This document shows, in pieces, positions 8,327 to 16,541 of a DNA stretch of 27,827 bases. Positions within the stretch are counted from its first letter, which is position 1. Every line of letters starts with the position of its first letter. The stretch is from positions 1 through 27,827 of the IMG/VR virus record IMGVR_UViG_3300044274_000057; one strand, given 5' to 3'. Under the pieces are notes generated by a model. It had not been told where the DNA came from, did no database searches, and worked only from the letters and a program-made list of their open reading frames with translations. The translations under genes and the position numbers were made by a program. The stretch comes from a virus. Its lineage: Duplodnaviria; Caudoviricetes.

Positions 8327-8706
8327 ACGAACTCACGCACGTTGAAGTTGACCGAGTAGAAGCCGACGCTATTCACCAGCGACCAGCTTGGGTCACCGTC
8401 GATCTGGCAGGTATAGAGCGTGCCGAAGGGGTTAATCTCGAAGGTCTCGCCGCCGGCCACCGAGTCCAAGAACTCCTGAAGCTGGGCCAGCTTCGATTCG
8501 TCGTCCTCGGCGACTGTGGAAACGCGCCACTCCCGGTCAATTCGGGTCAGTCGGTCGAAGCGCCGGCCAGACAGAGACGTAGAGCTGGCCGCCTGCCGTC
8601 GGGGGCGCGGGGTCCAGTCGGAAATGGGCACCTCGAAGGTGTATTCCTCGCCCACAGTCCGGCCGCCCGCCACGCTGCGCTTGGCGGTGTAGGTGATCGT
8701 TGCCAT
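8323..8706 (-). CDS. Putative distal tail protein (127 aa)
   Basis: Position between TMP/moron and tail tip; LQEFLDSVAGGETF..PFG pattern of distal-tail-like proteins; SD GGAG. Confidence 0.75.
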   Translation of the reverse strand: MATITYTAKRSVAGGRTVGEEYTFEVPISDWTPRPRRQAASSTSLSGRRFDRLTRIDREWRVSTVAEDDESKLAQLQEFLDSVAGGETFEINPFGTLYTCQIDGDPSWSLVNSVGFYSVNFNVREFV

Positions 8707-8718
8707 TCAGGGCTCCAG

Positions 8719-8750
8719 AAACGAAAAAGCCCCGCCGAATGGCAGGGCCT
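8719..8750 (-). terminator. Rho-independent terminator closing the moron
   Basis: Minus strand GCCCTGCC-ATTC-GGCGGGGC-TTTTTCGTTT. Confidence 0.8.
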
Positions 8751-8795
8751 GGAAAGCAAGGGTCCCGCCGGAGCGAGACTGTCAGGATGTTGCGG

Positions 8796-9110
8796 TCACC
8801 GGCCCATGCAGGCGCCGAATGCTGCATCCCTGTAATCGGAAATCGACCGCTGTTGGTGCCTCTCGGTGGAGTAGCGAGGCTTATCCCAAGCGTCCATCAC
8901 CATGGCATTCACGAGTTCGTTGGGTTCGCCGTCGTTGACTATCTCAAGCATCTTCGACATCGCCACTCCTCGCTGGCGCGCACTCATGACCGACTCGGCA
9001 AGTTTCTCGATTGCCTTGCAGGCCTCCATGCGTTCCTTGAAGCTTTTTTCGGCCTGCCCGGTGGCAGGCAATAAAGCCAGGACCGCCAGACACAAAATCA
9101 TCGATTTCAT
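8796..9110 (-). CDS. Moron: secreted/periplasmic helical protein (104 aa)
   Basis: Signal peptide MKSMILCLAVLALLPATGQA, two Cys in the mature part, ATGA overlap with the lipoprotein gene, lower GC. Confidence 0.8.
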   Translation of the reverse strand: MKSMILCLAVLALLPATGQAEKSFKERMEACKAIEKLAESVMSARQRGVAMSKMLEIVNDGEPNELVNAMVMDAWDKPRYSTERHQQRSISDYRDAAFGACMGR

Positions 9111-9640
9111 TGCTGCCCCTCCTGAGCCTGCGGCGACACCCTGAAGTGATCGCGCTCTTGGTGGGCCGTGTGGACCACGTAGACGTCCACAGGCTCACTA
9201 GTGATAGGCTCTTCAAGAGGCACGATGGTTGTCGTCCACCACATCTTCAGGGAGCTGGAGCTGGGCACGTTGGGCACACTGTCGGTCCCCTCCTTCCGGC
9301 TGACCTCTTGGCCACCACGCTTCACAACGATTTCCAGCCACTTCCCTTTCGCTGAATCCAGGGAGTAGGCGTCAAGGCGAACCACGAAATACCCGCCAGG
9401 CCACGGAACTTCGTCAGCCTCTTTCATGGCCAATTCGGCCTCTTTGCGCTCCCGCTCTTCGAGCATCGAGGGTGTAACGTACTCCAGCGTGACCCGCCCC
9501 ATGTAAGAGCTTTTCTCTACGTGCTCAATGGGGTAGCCATTACCCTCGTTCGTCGGAATCCCCATCATCTTGTCCATGTTGGCGCAGCCGGACAAAGCCA
9601 GGGTCAGCGCCAGCACCATGGATGCCATTTTTATTGTCAT
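9107..9640 (-). CDS. Moron: predicted lipoprotein (candidate superinfection exclusion); alternative start 9646
   Basis: Lipobox LALSG-C after a hydrophobic stretch; SD AAGGGA; atypical codon usage; inserted in the tail operon. Confidence 0.8.
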   Translation of the reverse strand: MTIKMASMVLALTLALSGCANMDKMMGIPTNEGNGYPIEHVEKSSYMGRVTLEYVTPSMLEERERKEAELAMKEADEVPWPGGYFVVRLDAYSLDSAKGKWLEIVVKRGGQEVSRKEGTDSVPNVPSSSSLKMWWTTTIVPLEEPITSEPVDVYVVHTAHQERDHFRVSPQAQEGQQ

Positions 9641-9672
9641 GTGCATTCCCTTTTTTGCATGTTTAGGCCCAA

Positions 9673-9701
9673 ATCCTATGTGATGCAGGTCACACCGTCT
9701 A
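9673..9701 (-). promoter_or_regulatory. Putative moron promoter with a CRP/Vfr-type palindrome in the spacer
   Basis: Minus strand TAGACG, 17 bp, TAGGAT; the spacer contains TGTGA-CCTGCA-TCACA (9679-9694). Confidence 0.65.
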
Positions 9702-11888
9702 GCGGAGGGTCCGGCCGTTCCGGCTGTTCGAGTCGATCAGCACGTAGTCCTTGTTGGCAATTCGCTCCTTCAGGGCATCACCAAACATATCTGCTAGCTC
9801 ATCTTTGGTGGCGCCCACGACGCTGCCCTGAACTGTGATCGAGATCGAGCTGCCACCGCCACTATCGGCCCCTCTGCCGCCGTCTAGCTGTACCGGTGCG
9901 GGTGCTGCCGGGACAGTGTTCACGCCCCCCGTGATAGCGGCCGCGCCTCCGCCGCCGTTGAAATTGGCGGATTTAATGGCGCTGAGCTGCGCTGTCTGGG
10001 CCACTACGGCAGCGGTGGCAGCAATTGGCGCCAGGATGTGACCGATCACCGGCACCGCCGAGGCAGAGGCATATGCGTTGGTGGCGGCCAGCGGGATATT
10101 GATTGCCCCCTGCGCAATAGCCGCTGCCTTGCCGATCTCGAACATCTTGCGGTTTTCGCTGGCCATGAGTCCGGTCAGCAGGCCAAACACGTCAGCCGTG
10201 CCTTTAAGCTGCAATTTCCACCGCTGCTGATCGAGGTCATTTAGGGTTTCTTTGTGCCTCTCCTCCTCGGCTGCAATCGCATCATTCCACTTGGTCTGAT
10301 TGTCGAAGTCAGCGGCGCGCGCAGCCTCCAGCACCTCGAGGCGCCGTTGGTGGTGCTCCCTCAGCAACTCCTCCTCGGTCATGTACCGTTCGAGAAGCTG
10401 CTCCCCGGCGTCGATGTCGGTGGCGCGCTCCTTGTCCATCTCCGCCAGAATTTCAGCCGCGTCCCGGCGGGACTTGATACTGAACTCCAGCGCCTTCTGC
10501 TCAGCCTCATACGCCTCAATCTGCCGGTAGGAGCCCTCGATGGCAGCCAGCTGCGCGGCGGTGGCGCCTTCTTTCCTGGCCCGGTACAGCTCCTCCTGGC
10601 GGGCCGTCATGCCTAGGGTTTCGGCTTCCAGCTGGAGGGCTGCGACGCGCTTCTGGATGGAGTCGGTGGCCTTGTCGTTACCGCCGCCGAGCGGTTCGGG
10701 CGGATCGCCACTGTCCTGGTCCGGGTTGGTGTTGCCGAACCCCTGGTTAAAGCTCTGCTGCAAGTCGTAGGCAACCTGAAGGCGCTCGCGCACTTCCTCG
10801 ATCTTGCGCTTGATCTCTTCGTCGCTGGTGAACACCAGCCCGATGTCCTTCTCCAGGAAGGAGGCATCCAGCTGCTTCTCCAGACCGGCCAACTCCCGCT
10901 CAAGCCTGGGGATGTCGTCGGCGGCCACGCCGTTGATCTTGGAGGCCAGCTCGGCACCAAGGTATTCGGTGAAGTTCACCACTTCGCTGGCGCCAGAGGC
11001 CATGGTGCCGATCAGTGTAGCGAAGGCTGTGCCAAGGGTGACCACGCTGTCTTTAAAGTTCGGGTCGGTGACCAGCTCGCGCAGGTCGTCGATGGCATCG
11101 TTGAAGCCGGAAACGTCGGTCTCACCGAAGGTGTCGATCAGATCATTGCGGAGCTGCTGGAGTGACTGGCCCACGGTGCGGGGCATGTCCTGGAATTCGC
11201 GGTTGATGCTGTCCGCGCTGGACAGGAGTGCCCGGGTCACCGCCGAGCCGGTCAACTGGCCTTCGGCGCCCAGCTCCCGCAACTGGCCGATCGTCACACC
11301 CAGGCCGTCGGCAATGGCGCGCGCCAGGCGGGGGCTGTTCTCCAAAACCGAGTTCAGCTCCTCGCCGCGCAGCGTCCCGGAGGCCATGCCTTGGGACAGC
11401 TGGAGGGTGGCGGAGGCCGCTTCCTGCGCGCTGGCGCCGGAGACCACGAACGACTGGTTAATCGCTCGGGTGACCGTCAACAGCTGCTGATTGGTCAGGT
11501 CCAGCTCTTCACTGGAGCGGGCCAGCCGGGCGTACAGGTTGATGGTTTCGCCGAGGCCGCCACGGGTGTCCTGGGCCAGCTTGTAGGCCGCCTCGTAGGT
11601 GTCGTTCAGCTCCTCCTGGCTCTCGGTCACCAGCCGCAGCTGGGAGCGCAGCTCGGAGTAGGTGTCGGACGCCTGAACAACGGCGCGGATCGCCACACCA
11701 ATGCCCACTGCGGCGAGCACCTTGCGCAGGCCGCGATACGCCCCACCCAGCTGGTCGGTGGCACGGGTGAGCCGCTCGGTTTCCTGCTCGGCCCGGCGTG
11801 ACTTATCGGTCAGGCCATCCAGGGACCGCTGGCCACGGTCGACTTCACGGCTGTCAACGGCTAGTACGAGACGCGCTGTTTCGGTCAT
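9699..11888 (-). CDS. Tail tape measure protein (729 aa)
   Basis: Tape-measure domain (QLSQGMASGTLRGEELNSVLENSPRLARAIADGLGV..GQLR); Ala-rich helical; follows the chaperones. Confidence 0.95.
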   Translation of the reverse strand: MTETARLVLAVDSREVDRGQRSLDGLTDKSRRAEQETERLTRATDQLGGAYRGLRKVLAAVGIGVAIRAVVQASDTYSELRSQLRLVTESQEELNDTYEAAYKLAQDTRGGLGETINLYARLARSSEELDLTNQQLLTVTRAINQSFVVSGASAQEAASATLQLSQGMASGTLRGEELNSVLENSPRLARAIADGLGVTIGQLRELGAEGQLTGSAVTRALLSSADSINREFQDMPRTVGQSLQQLRNDLIDTFGETDVSGFNDAIDDLRELVTDPNFKDSVVTLGTAFATLIGTMASGASEVVNFTEYLGAELASKINGVAADDIPRLERELAGLEKQLDASFLEKDIGLVFTSDEEIKRKIEEVRERLQVAYDLQQSFNQGFGNTNPDQDSGDPPEPLGGGNDKATDSIQKRVAALQLEAETLGMTARQEELYRARKEGATAAQLAAIEGSYRQIEAYEAEQKALEFSIKSRRDAAEILAEMDKERATDIDAGEQLLERYMTEEELLREHHQRRLEVLEAARAADFDNQTKWNDAIAAEEERHKETLNDLDQQRWKLQLKGTADVFGLLTGLMASENRKMFEIGKAAAIAQGAINIPLAATNAYASASAVPVIGHILAPIAATAAVVAQTAQLSAIKSANFNGGGGAAAITGGVNTVPAAPAPVQLDGGRGADSGGGSSISITVQGSVVGATKDELADMFGDALKERIANKDYVLIDSNSRNGRTLR

Positions 11889-12198
11889 TCCAGGCCTTCG
11901 ATCTCAGGTGGTCCAGATGCCGCAACACGTCCACCTCCCAGGGCAGGAGGTGAACGCGCTTCAGTGCGGCCCAGTGATGGATCTCGGTGAACGAGCAGTC
12001 GCCCAGCTCGCAGAACCAGCCCCACAGGTAGGCGGTGCCATCCGGAGGCGGATCTGTTTTCAGGCTCTTGGGTTTCTTGCCGGTCTGGCGGTAAACCGCC
12101 TCAAGCTGCTGCCGGCGGCTGGCGCCGGTCTTGGGGTCGGGGATCGTGTCCGCTATTTCTTTTTCCGCCCACTCGTAGAGTCGGTGGACGGCTTCCTG
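11854..12198 (-). CDS. Tail assembly chaperone T segment (C-terminal part of the GT fusion made by -1 frameshift)
   Basis: Not in the ORF track. Open -1 frame from the slippery site to TGA at 11854-11856 reads QEAVHRLYEWAE...YLWGWFCEL..CSFTEIHHWAAL..V.LLPWEVDVLRHLD, typical of gpT-like segments. Confidence 0.85.
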   Translation of the reverse strand, partial: QEAVHRLYEWAEKEIADTIPDPKTGASRRQQLEAVYRQTGKKPKSLKTDPPPDGTAYLWGWFCELGDCSFTEIHHWAALKRVHLLPWEVDVLRHLDHLRSKAWNDRNSASRTSR

Positions 12199-12551
12199 AA
12201 AAAACGGGCATCACGCGAGGCATGGCGGTCGATCATGTCCCGAAGCTGGGGGGCTTCACGGAGCAGCGTTTTCACGTTCTCCTCGGAGAATTCCTCCTCC
12301 AGGTCCCAGCCGGCCACCAGGGCCGCGCACAGCGTCACATGGCGCTCGGTGCTGTCCACGGCCTCACCCTTGGCCAGGGACTCCATGTCCTGCCGGTAAG
12401 CGTCCTGCTTCGCCTGCTGGAAGGCGTCGGACCATTGCGACCGGATAATCAGGTGGTAGTCCGTCGGCGTGCCGTCCGGGTGGGACAGGGGCACCTTGGT
12501 GCCCTCGTTGGCCTTCTCGCGGGTGAAGAACTGCTTCATTCCTTCGCTCAT
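12153..12551 (-). CDS. Tail assembly chaperone G (132 aa)
   Basis: Between tail tube and TMP; LVAGWDLEEEFSEENVKTLL..AP motif; ATGA overlap. Confidence 0.88.
   Translation of the reverse strand: MSEGMKQFFTREKANEGTKVPLSHPDGTPTDYHLIIRSQWSDAFQQAKQDAYRQDMESLAKGEAVDSTERHVTLCAALVAGWDLEEEFSEENVKTLLREAPQLRDMIDRHASRDARFFRKPSTDSTSGRKKK
12198..12204 (-). other. Programmed -1 ribosomal frameshift slippery heptamer T TTT TTC
   Basis: In-frame CGT TTT TTC AGG near the 3' end of the chaperone gene; X XXY YYZ form. Confidence 0.8.
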
Positions 12552-13486
12552 GCAGCACCCCGCAGGATCACGATCTGGCTTTCCTCGGTGGCGTCATAGA
12601 GGGCCTGGAAGTCCATGGAGACGGTGACCTCGCCCTCACCGCTCACGTCCGGCTGGCCGGAGTTGTACTTCACGCGCGGCAGGCTGAATGTGTAGGCGTT
12701 CGTGCCGTCGCTCAGGGTGAATTCCAGATTGGACTCGGTCTCGTTCAGGAACTTCTCGTAGAGCGCCACGCTGTCGAAGAAGGTGGTGATCGAGCCGGTC
12801 AGGTTGGAGCGGGCGATGCTCACGCAGGCCGCGCTGTCGGAGCCCACCACGAACAGCGGTGACAGGCCGTTCTCCAAGGTCAGGGACAGCTCGGTGACCG
12901 TCGCAATGGCTGAGCCGCCCTCGCTGATCTCACCGGAGAACGAATCGAACGGGCTGGTGGTGCTCGCGCTCTGGTAGGTGGCGCCCGTGACCGGGGCCTG
13001 GGCGGGCGCAGCCATGGAGCGGCCCACCAACCCAAAGGAGCTGGTGATGATGGCGTTGGTGGAGACCGTCAGGTTCCAGGTGTTGAACTCGCAGCCCAGA
13101 TACCGCAGGTACTGGCCGATGTCCGCGAAGTGGCGCTCGATGGTGAACGGGCGGCGCACCACGCCTGCCTTGAGGGTGTCGGTGCCGGCGGACGGCGTGT
13201 CCGCTTCCCAGGTGCCGCACAGAACGGCCTCGAGCATCGGGCCGAACGCGCCGCCGTAGCTCAGCTCGGTGGAGATGTCGCCGCCCACCTGCTTGTTGCC
13301 GTGGCGCATGTCGGCGATCTGCCGGTCGGCGCGCAGCTCGTTGCTTTGCAGGGCCTCTTTCGTCAGGGCCAGTGTGGTGCCGGTCTGGCGAATCGGGGTG
13401 AAGTCGGGGGTTGCCGGAGTGGTGCCGGCAACGGTTTCGGCCACCAGGGCCATAGAGTGGCGTGAGCCGTTTGCAGGGCAGCCCAT
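12548..13486 (-). CDS. Major tail tube protein (312 aa)
   Basis: ET..GTTP..P, SNELRADRQIAD.R.G...VGGDI..ELSYG and FTIERHF.DI motifs; SD GGAGG. Confidence 0.92.
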   Translation of the reverse strand: MGCPANGSRHSMALVAETVAGTTPATPDFTPIRQTGTTLALTKEALQSNELRADRQIADMRHGNKQVGGDISTELSYGGAFGPMLEAVLCGTWEADTPSAGTDTLKAGVVRRPFTIERHFADIGQYLRYLGCEFNTWNLTVSTNAIITSSFGLVGRSMAAPAQAPVTGATYQSASTTSPFDSFSGEISEGGSAIATVTELSLTLENGLSPLFVVGSDSAACVSIARSNLTGSITTFFDSVALYEKFLNETESNLEFTLSDGTNAYTFSLPRVKYNSGQPDVSGEGEVTVSMDFQALYDATEESQIVILRGAA

Positions 13487-13506
13487 AACGAACCTCCGTC
13501 AGATAC

Positions 13507-13530
13507 AAAAAAGCCCGCTCAAGGCGGGCC
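13507..13530 (-). terminator. Rho-independent terminator upstream of the tail tube gene
   Basis: Minus strand GCCCGC-CTTGA-GCGGGC-TTTTTT. Confidence 0.75.
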
Positions 13531-13550
13531 GATAGGAAAGGGGGTTGGGT

Positions 13551-14015
13551 TTACGCCCGGCTGATCCAGGCGCTGTAGTAAATCGTCATCGTGGTTCGCG
13601 ACCAGTTCTCCACCCGGCGCGGCTGTTCGTAGCCGCAGGAGCGGATCAGGACCTTGAGCGGGTCCCAGACCAGGAATTCCTGGGCCTGGAAATCGGCGAT
13701 CAGGGTCTCGGACAGGGCCGGGGCGTCGAAGCGCGTGCCGGCCTTGTAGCGGTTGGCAATTTGGTCAGCCAAAGTGATGGCCGGGATGTCCCCGCTATTG
13801 AGGGGGTGATTCAGGTCGATCTGCAGGAATCCATCGTGGCGGTCCTGGCCCTCATCCCCGAGCGTGGCAACGCCGGGCTGGCTCGGGACGACGAACAGGG
13901 CTGCCCATGGGTCCGTACCCGGGGTGAAATCCTTGTTCGGGAACGCCGTGGTCAGGCCGAAATCGCCATCCAGCCAGCTCAGCACCAGCGCGTTACGAAC
14001 GTCGAGGAATCTCAT
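13551..14015 (-). CDS. Tail terminator (DUF4128-like) with an apparent loop insertion
   Basis: Last neck gene before the tail tube; AFPN..F.P, G.LQIDL..P...G and ADQIA..YKAGT motifs. Confidence 0.85.
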   Translation of the reverse strand: MRFLDVRNALVLSWLDGDFGLTTAFPNKDFTPGTDPWAALFVVPSQPGVATLGDEGQDRHDGFLQIDLNHPLNSGDIPAITLADQIANRYKAGTRFDAPALSETLIADFQAQEFLVWDPLKVLIRSCGYEQPRRVENWSRTTMTIYYSAWISRA

Positions 14016-14416
14016 ACGCGGTTCTTCTGAGCCTCTTCCTGGAGAATCTGCCGAAAGCGAGCCACGTTCTTGCGGACCATGCCCTCGGGCGCCTTCGTCT
14101 TGGAATAGCCCTCAAACTCGATACGGTAGGCGTAGGGCATGTTGTTGGTCAGCACGGTATAGCTGCCGCCCTGGATCGCGGCCACGATGGACTCCATCTC
14201 CGCCAGGGTGGCCCCGCCCTGCTTGTCGGCGCGGCCATTCTCGCCGGAGGCCGGCTTATCGGTCGTGGCTTGCCAGTCGCCACGGAGACGGCCATCAAGG
14301 ACTGGTGTGTCCATGACCACGGCCCGAAACAAGCGCAGCTCCACACCCCGGGCGGTTTGCTCCAAGGAGCGACCAGCCTTCCGGGCGAACCCGGCGACAT
14401 CATCACCGAAGCTCAT
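14012..14416 (-). CDS. Neck/tail completion protein (HK97 gp10-like)
   Basis: TPVLDGRLRGDW...NNMPYAYRIEF.GYS..KAPEGMVR motif. Confidence 0.88.
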   Translation of the reverse strand: MSFGDDVAGFARKAGRSLEQTARGVELRLFRAVVMDTPVLDGRLRGDWQATTDKPASGENGRADKQGGATLAEMESIVAAIQGGSYTVLTNNMPYAYRIEFEGYSKTKAPEGMVRKNVARFRQILQEEAQKNRV

Positions 14417-14787
14417 CGGCGCACCTGCAATTCATGGAGCACGGCGGCTCCGGCGGGACTCAGGGTTTTGACGCGCATCACCGTCCAGTCGAGCCCGCCC
14501 ACCGTTACGGTGTCGGTTACGACCGGATCGACCTCAAAAGCGGCGCAGAGCAGCTTTTTGTCGGTGCTCACGATGTCCACCCCAGCGGCCCGGAGATCGC
14601 CAGCTTCCTTGCCGCCGTAATTCAGCAGGACGCCGTCCGGCGTATAGGTCGTGGTGGTCTGGCCGGTTGTCTCACCGGTCAGCGGGTCATAGGTGCCACC
14701 AGAGGTACGCGTGATGCTCACCGGCTGGCCATAGCTCGCCAGGAGCCGCGCGGCGGTGGCGGCTGTGCGGTCGTAGAATTGGCTCAT
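14413..14787 (-). CDS. Head closure (head-tail joining) protein
   Basis: Synteny; A.RLLA.YGQ.V...R...G.YDP.TG and P.G..VL.ELQVRR motifs; ATGA overlaps. Confidence 0.85.
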   Translation of the reverse strand: MSQFYDRTAATAARLLASYGQPVSITRTSGGTYDPLTGETTGQTTTTYTPDGVLLNYGGKEAGDLRAAGVDIVSTDKKLLCAAFEVDPVVTDTVTVGGLDWTVMRVKTLSPAGAAVLHELQVRR

Positions 14788-15281
14788 GCTCGGACAGCCA
14801 GCAGGCCCCGTGTGTTCAGGTAATCGGCGAACTGGGCGCGACTCGGGCGCTCAGGAGCGGCCCAAAGCACCTTGCCGTTGTTCTGGACCTCCTGATACTC
14901 GACCTCGATCACGTCGACCTTCTCGCGCGTGACCGGCCCCTGGCGCTGATCGGGCGGCGCCTGTTCGTCGGCATAGATTTCGGTGGCCAGAGCCATCTGG
15001 CCGTATTGGATGCGGGCCGGGATGTAATTGGAGGCGAGGTATCCGCCATCAATGCACACCCCTTCCCGGGGCCATGACAGGCTCTGATCGGCAGCAACGC
15101 GCCACCCCTTCCAGCGCATCACCTGCATCTGCAAGGCAGCCTGCCGCAGCAGGGCCTCGCGCGCGGTTTCGCCTTCGGGCAGGTCTCGGCCAAATCGCTC
15201 GGCATAGTCCGCCAGTTCCGCCGCGGTGGCGAAGCTGTCGGCGCCGGGCACGATGCTGCCATCCTCGATAATCAGAGCCAT
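14784..15281 (-). CDS. Head-tail adaptor (DnaT-like ssDNA-binding family annotation)
   Basis: MALIIEDGS.VPGADSF, WKG.R....QSLSWPR and REKVDVIEVEY motifs; start reassigned to ATG 15281 (SD GAGGA). Confidence 0.85.
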   Translation of the reverse strand: MALIIEDGSIVPGADSFATAAELADYAERFGRDLPEGETAREALLRQAALQMQVMRWKGWRVAADQSLSWPREGVCIDGGYLASNYIPARIQYGQMALATEIYADEQAPPDQRQGPVTREKVDVIEVEYQEVQNNGKVLWAAPERPSRAQFADYLNTRGLLAVRA

Positions 15282-15306
15282 TGGGCCATCATCCTCGGAA
15301 TTCGGT

Positions 15307-15332
15307 AAAAAGAAAGGGGGCATGCGCCCCCT
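15307..15332 (-). terminator. Rho-independent terminator after the capsid genes
   Basis: Minus strand AGGGGGC-GCAT-GCCCCCT-TTCTTTTT. Confidence 0.75.
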
Positions 15333-15335
15333 GTC

Positions 15336-15548
15336 TTATTCGCTCGCTTTCTTGGCGGGCACCTTGCTGCCCTTCTCGGTGACCTTGGGCAGATCCTTCT
15401 CGGGCGCGGCGTCCTGGCGCTGATCCGCCGGGACATACCGGGCATCAATGATGCGGACGGCCGCCTTGCGAGCCAGATCCTTCACGTCCTCGTTATAGCG
15501 AGTGAAGGGGCCGGCCAGATACCACACTGGCGCTTTTTGCTTCGCCAT
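15336..15548 (-). CDS. Small capsid-associated hypothetical protein (70 aa)
   Basis: Immediately after the MCP; SD AAGGAG. Confidence 0.8.
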   Translation of the reverse strand: MAKQKAPVWYLAGPFTRYNEDVKDLARKAAVRIIDARYVPADQRQDAAPEKDLPKVTEKGSKVPAKKASE

Positions 15549-15561
15549 GATCGGTTACTCC

Positions 15562-16530
15562 TTACTGAGCGGCGTCGCCAACTGCGATAACGCCGGCGGT
15601 GTGTTTCACGGAGGTGGCCACCTGGTCCCAGTTGGTGCCGGTAGCCAATTCCGCGTCGGAGGGGGACTTTCCGCCGTTGGTTTCGTCCCAGGTGTAGCCC
15701 TTCAAGCCCAGGCCGAAGGTGTAGTCCACCTGCATGGTGGTCTCGATCCGGGTCTGGCCGTTGGACGTTTCGATGTTGCTGATCACGTCGCCGGCGTCGT
15801 GGACGATAGCCGCGGACTCCACCAGGCCCAGAACCTTCTGCTTGTTCGGGGTGCCGGCTTCGTACAGGGCGGGCGCGTCGGTCACCACCACCGCCTTGCC
15901 CAGGATGTCCACAACGGTCACGTTCTGGGCCTGGAAAAGCTGCGGAGTGTTGGTCAGGTTCTGGCCGATCAGCTTGTGGTACACCGAACCGGTCATCACG
16001 TTGGACAGCACGTTGCCGCTGTGGTCGCCGAACTTGGCGTGCGCGTCGTTCAGGGCGCTGTAGGACAGGCCGCCAGTGGCGGACACGTCATTGGTGGCGT
16101 CGCTGTTGTTCTCGATGGCAGCCACCAGGGCAGCGATGGCGGTGTTCAGCTGGTCCGCCATGAGTGCCTCGGCAAAGTTTCGGCTGGCCACCTCGATGCC
16201 CTCGGCGGTCGGCTTCTGCAACCAGGTCAGCTGGCCGGGCTCGAAACGGATCGGGCCAAAGCCGCCGGCAATCTTCACCGAGCTGTGCTTCAGCTGGGTC
16301 AGGTCGGTGGCGGAGGCGGAGGCCTGGGAGGCGTAGCGATCCACGCGGCGCTGGGCGCTGTGAATGGCGGCGAAGAACGATTCCTGGAGGAAATCGCCGT
16401 CGAAGCCCTCGGTGGTCAGGCGGATAGTGTTACGGCTTGCGGCGTTGAACTTTTCCACCATCTGGTCCAGCGTCTCGATGGTCGCCGGCATGATGTACTG
16501 GTTGAACACCTGCATCTGTGAAAGAGACAT
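15562..16530 (-). CDS. Major capsid protein (322 aa)
   Basis: Follows the scaffold, strong codon bias, SD GAGGTG; FNAAS...I.L and GLKGYTWD..NGGKSP..AELATGTNW motifs. Confidence 0.93.
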   Translation of the reverse strand: MSLSQMQVFNQYIMPATIETLDQMVEKFNAASRNTIRLTTEGFDGDFLQESFFAAIHSAQRRVDRYASQASASATDLTQLKHSSVKIAGGFGPIRFEPGQLTWLQKPTAEGIEVASRNFAEALMADQLNTAIAALVAAIENNSDATNDVSATGGLSYSALNDAHAKFGDHSGNVLSNVMTGSVYHKLIGQNLTNTPQLFQAQNVTVVDILGKAVVVTDAPALYEAGTPNKQKVLGLVESAAIVHDAGDVISNIETSNGQTRIETTMQVDYTFGLGLKGYTWDETNGGKSPSDAELATGTNWDQVATSVKHTAGVIAVGDAAQ

Positions 16531-16541
16531 TTCTTGTCACC

